The notes beneath the pieces were generated by a model. The model was not told the DNA's origin, did not search any database, and saw only the letters and a program-made list of their open reading frames with translations. Below are positions 26,865 to 36,373 of a stretch of DNA of 64,000 nt, piece by piece; within the stretch, counting starts at the first letter, position 1; the number at the start of each line of letters is the position of its first letter. The DNA comes from a virus: the IMG/VR virus record IMGVR_UViG_3300045988_144346, positions 7,829 through 71,828 of that record. The stretch is one strand, 5' to 3'. The translations under genes were made by a program, and so were the position numbers.

Positions 26865-28652
26865 TCACTCCAAAGCGCGCCTCAGCTCATCAAGGAGCCG
26901 TGCGTCGATTTTCACTTTCTCCGTGACTTCCCCGTTGATGGAGCCGTCTTCCGCCGGTCGTCCGCCCGGGTTCAGGTCTTTTTTTGCCTGCGGCGGCAGC
27001 CCTGACGTGTCCTGCTTGGCGCTGTAGGACGTGACAAGCGGTTTGCGCTTATCAAGGATCCCGCTCTCCGAAACGAAATCGGAGATCGCCATGTCATCCA
27101 GCAGCGAGTGCCCCATCAGCGCGTCATATTTCAGCGTTTCCGGAAGAATGCCGAGCGTGGCCCCCTGTCGGGCGCTCTCGATCTCTTCTTTCCGCGAGAA
27201 GATGTCGCCGAACATGCGGAACTTGAACGGGCATTTGAACCGCTGCTGCTCAAAGACCCAGTTCATCATCCGCTCGATCGCCCAGTAGATGAGCATCGGA
27301 TACCGCGCCTGGATCTGCGCGGAGAGCTGTGCCACGCCGACCTTCGGGTCGTTCGTCGTAGGAATAAGCGCCGTAAGACCGGCTTTCAGGATCTGGTCGT
27401 TGAGCGCCGTGGACGTGATATTCGTGTTGGAAACCGTGTCCGAAAGTGTCTGCAGCTTCAAATCATCCGCCGGCGCGAGATACAGTCCGATGCCGGACGT
27501 ATTGGTCGCCTGAAGCATCTGGTACCAATACGCCTCGAAGAGCCGTCTCGTCTTTTCCGATACGCGAACCGGGTCGGCATTGGAAGACCCTTTCGGGTCG
27601 TAAGTCTCCAGGCTGCCGGTCAAAACGCTCGTCAGCGGGTTCAGGATGACTTCCATCTGCGCCGCTTCGTAGTTCGGTATCTGCGTCATGGACACCATCA
27701 TGCCGGTCGTCGGCGGCGCCATGAGCGCGTTTCGGTCTACGATCTCAAACGAGAAGACCTTATCGGCGGGGAGAATGACCCAGTAGAACCACTTATTCCC
27801 GGCATACTGCCATTCCGGCGCACCGGGCAGTTCGTTCATTTTCGCGGTTTCAAATTTGTTCGTGTCGATTCGGTAATTCTGAGACCGGCGCTCCTGCGAA
27901 GAGTACACATATTTGCCTTCCGTCTGCACCACGGAGTAGAACGACTGCATATAAGGCCGGAACAGATCGCCGAACTGCCGCCAGTCGTTTCCCGGCTGCA
28001 CGAAGTACATCAGGTTGAATGCGATCGTGTACTTCCCCGGTCCGTTGTTCCAGCCGACAATTTTGATGTAATCTTCCGGGAGCTGCTGGAGAAAGGCGTA
28101 ATTCACCTTCCCGTGGCTCTTGTCCATGGAAATGCGCGGCGTGTAAAACACCTTGCCGTACTGCGCACACAGACCCACGATCTCATGGGCTTTCGCCTTG
28201 ATATTCATGGTTTCCGCGAGCTTGATCGCCATGGCATACTCGCGCAACTGCGTCGCCTTGTCCGGCTTTTCCGGCGTATATCCCGGATATACATACCAAT
28301 CGTAGGTCAATACGTCCTGATATGTCTGGAGAATCAGGTCATAGGTCTTGGTGCTGGACGCAAGCGCGGCGGACACCTGGCGGAGCGCCTGTTCGTTTCC
28401 CTCCGGAGCCGCCACCATCTGCTCGATGTCGTCTTTGCTGAAATTGGCGGGCAGCGAATTGACGCTTTTGACGCGCTTGTTCTGGATATATGGCCAGTTG
28501 AGCATATACCCCATGCCGCCCGCGCCCATAAATGCCTGATACACGCTGTCCATCGGCAGAGCCTGGTATTCCCGCCCGAGAGACGCCATATATCGCGCGA
28601 AATAGTCCTGCGGCATTTCCTGTGCAGTTTTGTTATTCGTCTCTTGCGGCAT
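26865..28652 (-). CDS. portal protein (595 aa)
   Basis: Size and position just downstream of the large terminase. Confidence 0.65.
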   Translation of the reverse strand: MPQETNNKTAQEMPQDYFARYMASLGREYQALPMDSVYQAFMGAGGMGYMLNWPYIQNKRVKSVNSLPANFSKDDIEQMVAAPEGNEQALRQVSAALASSTKTYDLILQTYQDVLTYDWYVYPGYTPEKPDKATQLREYAMAIKLAETMNIKAKAHEIVGLCAQYGKVFYTPRISMDKSHGKVNYAFLQQLPEDYIKIVGWNNGPGKYTIAFNLMYFVQPGNDWRQFGDLFRPYMQSFYSVVQTEGKYVYSSQERRSQNYRIDTNKFETAKMNELPGAPEWQYAGNKWFYWVILPADKVFSFEIVDRNALMAPPTTGMMVSMTQIPNYEAAQMEVILNPLTSVLTGSLETYDPKGSSNADPVRVSEKTRRLFEAYWYQMLQATNTSGIGLYLAPADDLKLQTLSDTVSNTNITSTALNDQILKAGLTALIPTTNDPKVGVAQLSAQIQARYPMLIYWAIERMMNWVFEQQRFKCPFKFRMFGDIFSRKEEIESARQGATLGILPETLKYDALMGHSLLDDMAISDFVSESGILDKRKPLVTSYSAKQDTSGLPPQAKKDLNPGGRPAEDGSINGEVTEKVKIDARLLDELRRALE

Positions 28653-28983
28653 TGGCTATCTCCTTCGCCTGCTCTTTCAGCAGCTCCTCAAAGCGTGAAA
28701 AGAACGCCTTCTGCTGCTCAATGAGCTGCGCGTGATATTTCTTTTCCTGCTCCTGCCGGATTCGGTTGGACATTTCAAAGATCCACTCCCAATCATCCGT
28801 GCCGAGCAGGCGCAGGTCGTCTTCTCCCACTTCCATAGCGCCCTCCGGCGCCTCCTCCGCGATCACAAGGCAGTGATCCCGATTGGCAAACGCCATATCG
28901 TACTGCGCGAGCCGGTCAATATTCTCATTGGTCGGGAGCATACAGTAGAGGGCGTAATGCTCAATCGTCATGGGCGCATGCAC
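28633..28983 (-). CDS. hypothetical protein (116 aa)
   Basis: Overlaps the terminase stop and the portal start, indicating translational coupling. Confidence 0.5.
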   Translation of the reverse strand: MHAPMTIEHYALYCMLPTNENIDRLAQYDMAFANRDHCLVIAEEAPEGAMEVGEDDLRLLGTDDWEWIFEMSNRIRQEQEKKYHAQLIEQQKAFFSRFEELLKEQAKEIANAARDE

Positions 28984-30791
28984 ATCCTTCCGAGCCGGTG
29001 TATGGCTCGCGGCTTAACCTGTATCGTGGTGGAGAGCCGGTCGGCCTGCATCGCGTCGTAAGCGTCTGCATAGTCGTTTTTCCGGCGGTTCAGAAAATAG
29101 AGCTCTTCTTTTTCCATGCGCTGCGCAAACCGCGCCGCGTACAGTGTTGCGGACCACATATCCTTGGGGATTCGTTCCACAATGGGTGCTTCGATGTAGC
29201 CTGTGGAAACATATTTTTTCCGAAGGTTTGCCACCTGCCGGCAAAGCTCGCGGGTCTTGAGATACGGAAACTGGATCTTGGCGTTTTCCAAATCGTCTTT
29301 TATCCCGTGCTTCAGCTTGTAGGCCGTCATGCCCTCGTCGAGATTGGCGGTAAGCAGTTGGAAGTTCCCGTTTTCAAACTCGCGCTCTATGTAATCCAGC
29401 ATTTCGCTGTTCGGGTCTCGTCCGGAGTTTCCGGTAGCCTGTATCGGGTAGATACACGGAACCGCTCCTTCGCGCTCCAGCGCGTTGTACGGTTCCTCAT
29501 GCGTTGTGGTGCAAAGCGGCGGCAGACCGTCGCCCAGATCCTCGTGGAGGGCTTCTACGACGCTCTGGCCATACTGCCGTGCGTCGATAACAACGTAGGT
29601 CGCAAGTCCGCCGTCAATGCTGTAATCCGCCCAGCGGCGCTTGATGATGGCTGCGTGGGCTTTCGCCGTTTTTGGCGGCGCCATGTCCATAACGTAAACA
29701 AGCTGCTTTCGGTAGTGGTCCCATTTGCCCGTGTCGAAATGCCTGGTGCATTTAATGACCGACATAGCCGTCAGCGCGTTGCCGGAGGCGTCGCGGGAAG
29801 AAACGTCGTAGCCGATGATATACATTGCATCCGGTTCGCCCGAGTGCTTGTCCTCCATGACCTTGACCTTCCGGGACGCCGCAAGAACGCTGTCTTTGAT
29901 AATGGGGTTCTCCGAAGCGCCCGTGCAGTGCGTTTCGCACTCTCGCATGAACTGCTCGGAGCTGAGCTTCTTCCGCAGCATGTTGTAGTAGTTGAACGAC
30001 TTCATTCGGCAGAGCACGGGGACTTGCCACGGAATGAACAGCGCGTAAGCGCTTTTCCCGTCCATCATGCTTCGGCGCATATCCTCGCACGCCATAAAGG
30101 CTTCGTTCTCTTTGCGGCTTGCAGAGGTTATGTAGTGGATCTGGTTATCTATGTGCGTCGGGTCCGGAGCTCCGTTCACCATGTACTGCAGTCGGTTCGT
30201 GCCAAGTACAATCTGGTTGAAGTCGGTGAAGTTGAACGGGTTCTTGTCTTCCTGTCCGGCCTCTTCGGCGACAACGCCGGATGTATCAATGCCTCGCGGG
30301 ATGTCCATAATGAACTTGGAGCCGGCGGGCGTTGTAAGGCGGAATGTGGTCTTCGCGTCGTTGCTCCGGATCCAGTGCGCCGCCAGAAGCGGGTAATTCC
30401 GTTCATAGCTGGCAAACGCCTTGGACGCCAGCGGCGCAGCCTGTACGCTTACCGGAGCGTAGTATCCGGTGATCTCTCCCGGCCACAGAATGCCCTTGTT
30501 GCATTTGTCAGAGATAATGCAGGAGGTTTTGCCGTAGCCTCGGCTCGCATAAGTGAAAGTCTCAATATATCGCGCCATGTAGCGCTTGGTAACTCGCCCC
30601 ATAAGCGAATTTGTGTAATCCGGTCTGTCGGAAACGCAAATATCCTCCATGATGTCGGGATACCAGCGGAAAAATGAAATCAGAAGCGCCCACTCTTTGG
30701 TTGCGAACTGTGAGTAATCAACACCGGCCCGCGTGGGCTTCCGAACAAATCCTCCGGCGCGCCGGCTTTGTGTGTAATCCTGTCTGGACAT
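28968..30791 (-). CDS. terL: terminase large subunit (607 aa)
   Basis: Walker-A-like SRGYGKTS near the N-terminus. Size and position upstream of the portal. Confidence 0.75.
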   Translation of the reverse strand: MSRQDYTQSRRAGGFVRKPTRAGVDYSQFATKEWALLISFFRWYPDIMEDICVSDRPDYTNSLMGRVTKRYMARYIETFTYASRGYGKTSCIISDKCNKGILWPGEITGYYAPVSVQAAPLASKAFASYERNYPLLAAHWIRSNDAKTTFRLTTPAGSKFIMDIPRGIDTSGVVAEEAGQEDKNPFNFTDFNQIVLGTNRLQYMVNGAPDPTHIDNQIHYITSASRKENEAFMACEDMRRSMMDGKSAYALFIPWQVPVLCRMKSFNYYNMLRKKLSSEQFMRECETHCTGASENPIIKDSVLAASRKVKVMEDKHSGEPDAMYIIGYDVSSRDASGNALTAMSVIKCTRHFDTGKWDHYRKQLVYVMDMAPPKTAKAHAAIIKRRWADYSIDGGLATYVVIDARQYGQSVVEALHEDLGDGLPPLCTTTHEEPYNALEREGAVPCIYPIQATGNSGRDPNSEMLDYIEREFENGNFQLLTANLDEGMTAYKLKHGIKDDLENAKIQFPYLKTRELCRQVANLRKKYVSTGYIEAPIVERIPKDMWSATLYAARFAQRMEKEELYFLNRRKNDYADAYDAMQADRLSTTIQVKPRAIHRLGRMCMRP

Positions 30792-31849
30792 CAGCTGTTA
30801 TCCTTTTGCGGCATATCCAGAGGCACGATGCCGAGATCTCGGTATATTTGCTGCCCCTTTTCATCGTTTTCCGCGGCGAACTCGCCCAGCGGATCCTCGA
30901 TAGCATAGGCATCCGGCAGACGGTCAACCTCTTCCTGTCCCTCATTCCATGCGGTGCAGTTTCGGATGGCAAGAAGCATCTGGTCGGCGGCATCGCGCCA
31001 ATAGGGATACGGCGCGTGAAATGTCTTTGTGGCGAGCTCTTTGCAAAGCTCGTCGTAATCCATGATGTGAAGCCCGGCTCTCTCAACAGCCTGCACAATG
31101 TCGTCCAGTCTCACGCGGTCCTGCGGAAGCTCGTCTTTTTTCCGAAGCTGTTCGCCCTCTTTTTCCGCCTTGATGAGATCGCCGATCTTTTTGGCGCTGT
31201 CGTAGTCCTGCTTGTCAAAGCAGCGTTCCTGCACCAGCGTCCATTTGCAAATGCGGACGATAGCCGCCTCCGCCTGCTCCGATACATAGGCTCGGTCTGC
31301 CGTCAGCGCATCATAGTTTTTGTCCATAGCCTCGTAATCGGCTTGTGTATAGGGCTCTTCGGTCGGCCCGTCCCCCCAGCGGTCTTTTCGCTGACGTTCC
31401 AAGGAGCGGTAATCTTCGGCAGAAAGCATGTCGTCGGAAACCTGAAGCGTCATCTTTTCGCCGTCAAAGGCTTTCCGAATGTCCGTTATTCCGTCCGCAG
31501 CTGCGGCTTCCGTGTGCCCGGCGCGCTGCCATGCGCGAAGCGCCAGCAAATACCCTCTCCACGTCCCGCATCTTCCCTTGGCAAATTTCCCTGCGTCCGC
31601 CGCTACCTCCGGCAAGTAGGGAACGTTGAAAAACAAACAGGCGAGGAAAACAGCCATCTTGTACCCGACGCCCGGCAGGGCGACCAAATACGAGTAGATT
31701 TTCTGTTGGCATCGCTCACAGAACGGGAGCGGCGTATCCGGCCGCACTCTTTCCGGCATTGTCTGCGTCGGAGCGAACTCTTCTCCGCATATCGCGCACC
31801 TCGCCGTGTTCGCCGTTTGCACACGCTTCTCCCCTTTCGTTTTTCGCAC
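30791..31849 (-). CDS. hypothetical protein in the small-terminase position (352 aa, N-terminal zinc ribbon)
   Basis: CAICGEEF...CERCQQK. The stop overlaps the terL start. Confidence 0.4.
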   Translation of the reverse strand: MRKTKGEKRVQTANTARCAICGEEFAPTQTMPERVRPDTPLPFCERCQQKIYSYLVALPGVGYKMAVFLACLFFNVPYLPEVAADAGKFAKGRCGTWRGYLLALRAWQRAGHTEAAAADGITDIRKAFDGEKMTLQVSDDMLSAEDYRSLERQRKDRWGDGPTEEPYTQADYEAMDKNYDALTADRAYVSEQAEAAIVRICKWTLVQERCFDKQDYDSAKKIGDLIKAEKEGEQLRKKDELPQDRVRLDDIVQAVERAGLHIMDYDELCKELATKTFHAPYPYWRDAADQMLLAIRNCTAWNEGQEEVDRLPDAYAIEDPLGEFAAENDEKGQQIYRDLGIVPLDMPQKDNS

Positions 31850-31930
31850 ATGAAAGTAATATGCGGCAGCCCCTGTTTTATAAACAAAAAGCTGCCGCGA
31901 TTTATAAATTTTTTCTTTTTTTCGGGCGGT

Positions 31931-32422
31931 TTATGTCTCACGGATGGCAATCCCGTAAAAATACCGCATGAGCTTGCGTTTCAGCCGGTACACATCGGTG
32001 CGAAAGCCCTTGGAGTCCTCGACGATCTTCACGCCGTTTTCCGTGTAAACGAAGTCCGCTATGTAAGCCGCTTCTTTTTCGAGCACCTTACCGGGCGTAA
32101 TTCCGCCCTTTGGCCCGATCACATCCGGCTCGCGTTGGGTTGGAACAAGGACAAACTTCACTTGCGTCCGCAGATCGGAGATTTCGCCGCGCTGCTCCAT
32201 GGCGTAGAGTTCCGCCCAGCGGCGTGCTTCTTTCTTGCTGTCAAACTTCATCTCGCCGATCGCGCACTTCTCGGCGTGGTATTTCCCGCCTTTGCTTTTT
32301 GGCTTTGGTTCGGGAGAAGCAGCCTCCGCCTGCTTTGCCCGTTCCTTCGCCATTTTCGCTTCGTACAGCGCCTTCATGCCGCGCGGCATATCTTCCGGCG
32401 TCTCGAAGGAAAGGCTGCTCAT
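31931..32422 (-). CDS. DUF1064-type (PD-(D/E)XK-like) protein
   Basis: KYHAEKCAIGEMKFDSKKEARRWAELYAMEQRGEISDLRTQVKFVL matches the DUF1064 pattern (KY.A.K....G..FDSK.E..R...L). Confidence 0.65.
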   Translation of the reverse strand: MSSLSFETPEDMPRGMKALYEAKMAKERAKQAEAASPEPKPKSKGGKYHAEKCAIGEMKFDSKKEARRWAELYAMEQRGEISDLRTQVKFVLVPTQREPDVIGPKGGITPGKVLEKEAAYIADFVYTENGVKIVEDSKGFRTDVYRLKRKLMRYFYGIAIRET

Positions 32423-33762
32423 TCTGCTACCTGCTCAAACGGCGTAGGTTCATGCGCCTCCGAAAATCCGCCGCCGTCTGATCTGTCCAGAATCCGTGCG
32501 TTCCACCCCACAAAGTCCATGGAAACAGACCCAACCATGCCGTGGCGGTTTTTGGCCACGATAAACTCCATTTCCTGACTCTCCCAAGGCTGCGGTCTTC
32601 TGTCGGGTTCCCAGTAAAGCGCCGGTCGGTGGAGAAATATCACGGCATCGCTGTCCTCTTCGATGGCGCCGGAGTTGCGCAAATCGGAAAGGTTCGGTTT
32701 TTTGTCCTGCCGATTCTCATTTTGCCGGTTGAGCTGGCAAAGCGACAGGATAGGGATCTGCAGGGATTGCGCCAGCCGTTTCAGCTGGTGTGACGTTTCC
32801 GTCGTTTTCTCGTACAGAGACCCGGATATGCTTGGGCGGATAAGCCCCATGTGGTCTATGACGAGGAGCCCCACGTCCCCCATGGAGCGGACGTGGGCTT
32901 CGATGTCATCCATCGACGCCGGGCGGTCGTTTATGACGAGATTTCTTTGCTGCAGAACAGTCATGGCCCGCGTGATATCCGTCCAGTACTGCTTTTGCGT
33001 CGTGGAGATCCCGCGCATGATGTCTCCGTAGTTCAGCCCTGTCATTCGTGCAACACGGCGAGCCCAAAGCTGGTTTCGGCTCATTTCGAGACTTTCGTAG
33101 ACGACTTTTTTGCCGGTAGCGGCAACGGTATCCGCAATGGCAAACCCTACGACCGTCTTGCCTACACCAGGACGCGCCGCCAGCGTGATAACGCCGGATT
33201 CAACCAAGCCGCCGCCGAGGATCGCATCGAGCCTGGCGAGACCGGTAGGTGAAAAGAGAGACTTCTTTCCTTCCGCTACGTCGGAAATCAACTGCAGGAA
33301 GCCGGTCGCGTCCTCCGCCGGTGTCGGAAGCGTCCGCCGCTGCCCGGCAACCAGCTGCTGCAGCTCGGCAATGGCATCCGTCGGCGCAAGTGTTCCGCTC
33401 ATCATCTTGCCGCCGATCGCTTCGGACGCGCGCTCCATCGCCCTTGAGTGGATGATCTCCGCAAGCTTGGCAACGTTCGCCGTTGTGACGTACAGCCGCA
33501 TCGCCGCTCGCATCGTCTCCGACGAGATCTCCGTGCCGTCCGCTCTGGCTCGCTCCTGGATCGTCACAGCGTCTACGGCGGCCTTTTCGTCGAGAAGGGC
33601 GCAGGCGGCAGAATACGCCGCCCGGATATGCTCCTGCGCTATGTCCCCGGCTTGCAGGATATCCCTCGCCGTCCCGACCGTCTCGGCAGGGCTGACCAGG
33701 ATACAGCCGAACAGAGATTCCTCAGCGAGAACCGCATCGTTCATTGTCATGTCGTTCACCAC
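32419..33762 (-). CDS. dnaB: replicative DNA helicase (DnaB family)
   Basis: 447 aa. Walker A ARPGVGKT, LEMS motif, and a RecA-like C-terminal domain with LCQLNR. Confidence 0.85.
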   Translation of the reverse strand: MVNDMTMNDAVLAEESLFGCILVSPAETVGTARDILQAGDIAQEHIRAAYSAACALLDEKAAVDAVTIQERARADGTEISSETMRAAMRLYVTTANVAKLAEIIHSRAMERASEAIGGKMMSGTLAPTDAIAELQQLVAGQRRTLPTPAEDATGFLQLISDVAEGKKSLFSPTGLARLDAILGGGLVESGVITLAARPGVGKTVVGFAIADTVAATGKKVVYESLEMSRNQLWARRVARMTGLNYGDIMRGISTTQKQYWTDITRAMTVLQQRNLVINDRPASMDDIEAHVRSMGDVGLLVIDHMGLIRPSISGSLYEKTTETSHQLKRLAQSLQIPILSLCQLNRQNENRQDKKPNLSDLRNSGAIEEDSDAVIFLHRPALYWEPDRRPQPWESQEMEFIVAKNRHGMVGSVSMDFVGWNARILDRSDGGGFSEAHEPTPFEQVAE

Positions 33763-35147
33763 CAGTGATTTTCATCGTGCTCGGGGTCGTACCCTGGCAA
33801 TTCGTAGTAGGGAACGTATTTGCCGCTCCCGGCAGGGTATTCCTGCATGTATCCCGGAATCATCCAGTAAGGGACGTACTTCCCGCTGTTTTTCGGGTGC
33901 TCCCGAAGCTCGCTGGTAGACAGGCTGCGCAAACCGGCGCTGTAGTCCTGCGGAGCAAACTTGGACTTCCTCCACGCGATCTCTGGGTCAGGGCGTTTAA
34001 CGGATGCGTGTTCGGCTTCCAGCTTCGGCTGCTGCGCCTTGGCGGGAAGTTTGGCGAGCTTATCCCAGATAATGCCCTGGTAGTTGTTTGCCTTGCATTC
34101 GTCGATAAGGTCTATGACCGCATCGTCGCCGTACTTCTCGGCGTTTTTCTTCGCCTGTGTCAGCAAAGACTTGAAGCCGGTGGGGACGTATTTCTCTTTC
34201 CGTTCCGCCTTGTATTCGAGCCAGCCGCGCAGAGCCTCTTTCAAAGGCGATGCGAGGGTGGATTCGTCGAGAATGGGGAGCAAAATAGGGAACATTTCCG
34301 TGCCCTTGGGGGCTCTCTTTTTCCCCTTTTCTTTTATATCCCCGTAGGGGATATTTTCTTTTAGGTCTTTTTCTACGGGGTATGTATCACTAAGTTCTTG
34401 AGAAATACTGAGTTGGTTGTTATCGGTAGGTCTCAGGACGGAAGTTATCTCTTGAGACTTACTTGGTTGGTTGTTATTGCTTGGTTCAAGGGTTCTAACT
34501 GAGTTAGTGCAGATATTAGCCCCGCCGGTTTTGGTTGAAAAAGTGTCTCCATTTTGAGACGCTTTTAGAAAAGTGTCTCCGTTTAGAAACGCTTTTTCAG
34601 TGAAAAGTGTCTCCATTCCGAGACGCTTCATAAAAGTGTCTCCAATCTGATACACTTTTTTTGCAAAGAATTTGCAGTCGTTTTCTGCTAATCCCAAAAC
34701 GCTTGGGGCGCTGTCAAGCCATTCCTCACACTCGCTGCGGGCGATTTCAGCAGCAGAAAATTCCTCGTTTTTCAAGAACGAAGCGTCTGAATAATTCGCG
34801 GACGGTGCTTCGTCGTAATACAAATAAGTGAAGCTTTCTCCAAGCCGGTAATACGCTCGCTGCCCACGCATTGAATTGTTTTTTGTAAGATATCCCGCGT
34901 CAGACAGCCTCGCAATACGCTTATACATTTCGGCTTTTGAAATGCGCAAAAACGGGAGGTCTTCACTCATTTGGTCGTAGCTGATAGAAAAAAACTCATG
35001 TTCCCCAATCACCTTTTTAGGGAATTTGAACCGCAAATCAGCTATCCAGCGCAAAAGAAACAGATCGTTCCCATCGATTTTTATTCCGGTTTTTTGCTCA
35101 ACTTTCATGAGCCCGCTCTGCAAAAACCCGCTAATGACAGAAAGCAT
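33756..35147 (-). CDS. replication initiator / replisome organiser with internal origin iterons
   Basis: Start MLSVISG at 35147, downstream of motif copy g. N-terminal winged-helix-like region, central GDTF repeats encoded by the iterons, and a DnaD-like C-terminus. Confidence 0.6.
   Translation of the reverse strand: MLSVISGFLQSGLMKVEQKTGIKIDGNDLFLLRWIADLRFKFPKKVIGEHEFFSISYDQMSEDLPFLRISKAEMYKRIARLSDAGYLTKNNSMRGQRAYYRLGESFTYLYYDEAPSANYSDASFLKNEEFSAAEIARSECEEWLDSAPSVLGLAENDCKFFAKKVYQIGDTFMKRLGMETLFTEKAFLNGDTFLKASQNGDTFSTKTGGANICTNSVRTLEPSNNNQPSKSQEITSVLRPTDNNQLSISQELSDTYPVEKDLKENIPYGDIKEKGKKRAPKGTEMFPILLPILDESTLASPLKEALRGWLEYKAERKEKYVPTGFKSLLTQAKKNAEKYGDDAVIDLIDECKANNYQGIIWDKLAKLPAKAQQPKLEAEHASVKRPDPEIAWRKSKFAPQDYSAGLRSLSTSELREHPKNSGKYVPYWMIPGYMQEYPAGSGKYVPYYELPGYDPEHDENHWW
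34539..34662 (-). repeat. four tandem approx. 31-nt iterons (putative phage ori)
   Basis: AAAGTGTCTCC occurs at 34540, 34570, 34604 and 34633. Each unit is an imperfect palindrome AAAGTGTCTC-N5/6-GAGACGCTT. Confidence 0.7.
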
Positions 35148-35195
35148 AATTTCTCTCGCCCTTTCCTTTTGTTGACCCGTGCCTGGTTTACACCC

Positions 35196-35226
35196 TATAT
35201 GGCAAGCAGCGGCGCGTTTTGCAACC
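35196..35226 (-). promoter_or_regulatory. conserved promoter-like motif, copy g
   Basis: Minus strand GGTTGCAAAACGCGCCGCTGCTTGCCATATA. The ATG of the initiator gene is 49 nt downstream. Confidence 0.55.
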
Positions 35227-35290
35227 GCTGTTAAAACTTTTTTGGCGAAGAAGCGCCCTGAAATAGGGCGCTCTCTTCCTGCCCTGCGCG

Positions 35291-35617
35291 TCAGTGCATT
35301 ACGGAAATGAAATCGCAGGTGAGCTGGTAGATATCGGCATTCTCTTTGTGGCTGCGGTACTCGTCTTTGACGAGATAGCCCGCGCAAAGAACCGTGTCTC
35401 CGCGCTCCAGATTCTGAGCGAAATCGGCGACTTCACCCCATGCCGAGCAGTTGATGTAAACACCTTTTCGGCGTCCGCCGTCTTCGCCCGGCAGCGAGTC
35501 GTACTGCAGAGAAAAGTTGGAAACACGGCGATTGTTGCCCAGCTCTTTGAAAGTTGCGTCCTTGCCCGACACACGGCCCCAGAAGACCGCCGTAGTGCCT
35601 TTTACGATGGGTGTCAT
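35291..35617 (-). CDS. ssb: single-stranded DNA-binding protein (OB fold)
   Basis: 108 aa. Pattern ...RVSNFSL......YINCSAWGEVADF...L.KGD.V...G.L. Adjacent to RecT. Confidence 0.65.
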   Translation of the reverse strand: MTPIVKGTTAVFWGRVSGKDATFKELGNNRRVSNFSLQYDSLPGEDGGRRKGVYINCSAWGEVADFAQNLERGDTVLCAGYLVKDEYRSHKENADIYQLTCDFISVMH

Positions 35618-35620
35618 AGA

Positions 35621-36373
35621 TTATCCCTCCTGCGCGAAAAAGCTCGCTTCTACGTCGTCCTGAGCGCCGCCGGTGATCTCTCCGGTTTCAGGATCGACGT
35701 CTACGATCTTGGAAGTGTCGATTGGCGCCGTGGGGACTTCTTCATATCCAAGTTCATCGGGAACGTACATTCCTCCCACATCGCCGGGAAAGGCTTCTCG
35801 AAGCGCCGCCACAAGCGCACATTTGCGAATCATAAGACCGGGGCTGGTAGCCCACTTCGCCTGCGGCTGTCCATCTCTTCCGTACTGGCAGCGCTCCTTA
35901 AACCCGATACGGACACCGATGGGGTTGATGTACCCGGAAACGTACACATCCGCCCAGCCGCCGACAAGCTCTTCGCCGTCGAGAATGATTTCGCCCAGCC
36001 GTTCCTCAATTTCGCCTTTGCTGTTGATTACAACCACGCCGGCTTTCTGTCCCTGGTAGCGGGGGTTAGCTTCTGCGCGCTTTGTAAAAGCGTCTTTGGA
36101 TGTAAGGTGCTGCGGAGGCGAAGACCCGTATTTAACGAGATAGCACTCCTTTTTCCACGGGTCGAGACCGACGTGGGAGCACCATGCGTTAAACATAAAT
36201 GCCTCTGCGGGAGTCGCCGTCGGGCAGAAGTATTTCTGCGTCATGGCGATAGAAAGTTCTACGTCAGCCCCGGTTGAGCCTTTGTACTTGACGATCTTGT
36301 CCTCAACGGTTTTTGCCGGTGCCAACCCCTGCTGAGTTGGAACCGGGCGAGAAGAAGTGGTGGAAGTTTTCAT
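35621..36373 (-). CDS. recT: RecT-family single-strand annealing protein
   Basis: 250 aa. FMFNAWCSHVGLDPWKKECYLVKYG and KWATSPGLMIRKCALVAALREAFP are RecT-like. Neighbours are YqaJ and DUF1351. Confidence 0.75.
   Translation of the reverse strand: MKTSTTSSRPVPTQQGLAPAKTVEDKIVKYKGSTGADVELSIAMTQKYFCPTATPAEAFMFNAWCSHVGLDPWKKECYLVKYGSSPPQHLTSKDAFTKRAEANPRYQGQKAGVVVINSKGEIEERLGEIILDGEELVGGWADVYVSGYINPIGVRIGFKERCQYGRDGQPQAKWATSPGLMIRKCALVAALREAFPGDVGGMYVPDELGYEEVPTAPIDTSKIVDVDPETGEITGGAQDDVEASFFAQEG

Noticed and set aside
15822-32578. Very long plus-strand ORFs antisense to the structural and packaging genes: 15822-18518 (898 aa), 19411-21942 (843 aa), 24138-26375 (745 aa), 27108-28724, 28998-30677, 30674-32578. 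Also 6175-7437, 9575-10870 and 13309-14406.
   Set aside because: They are Arg/Gly/Val/His-rich low-information sequences with no RBS. They mirror a coherent, tightly coupled minus-strand operon with recognisable phage proteins. This is the typical antisense open frame of GC-rich coding DNA.
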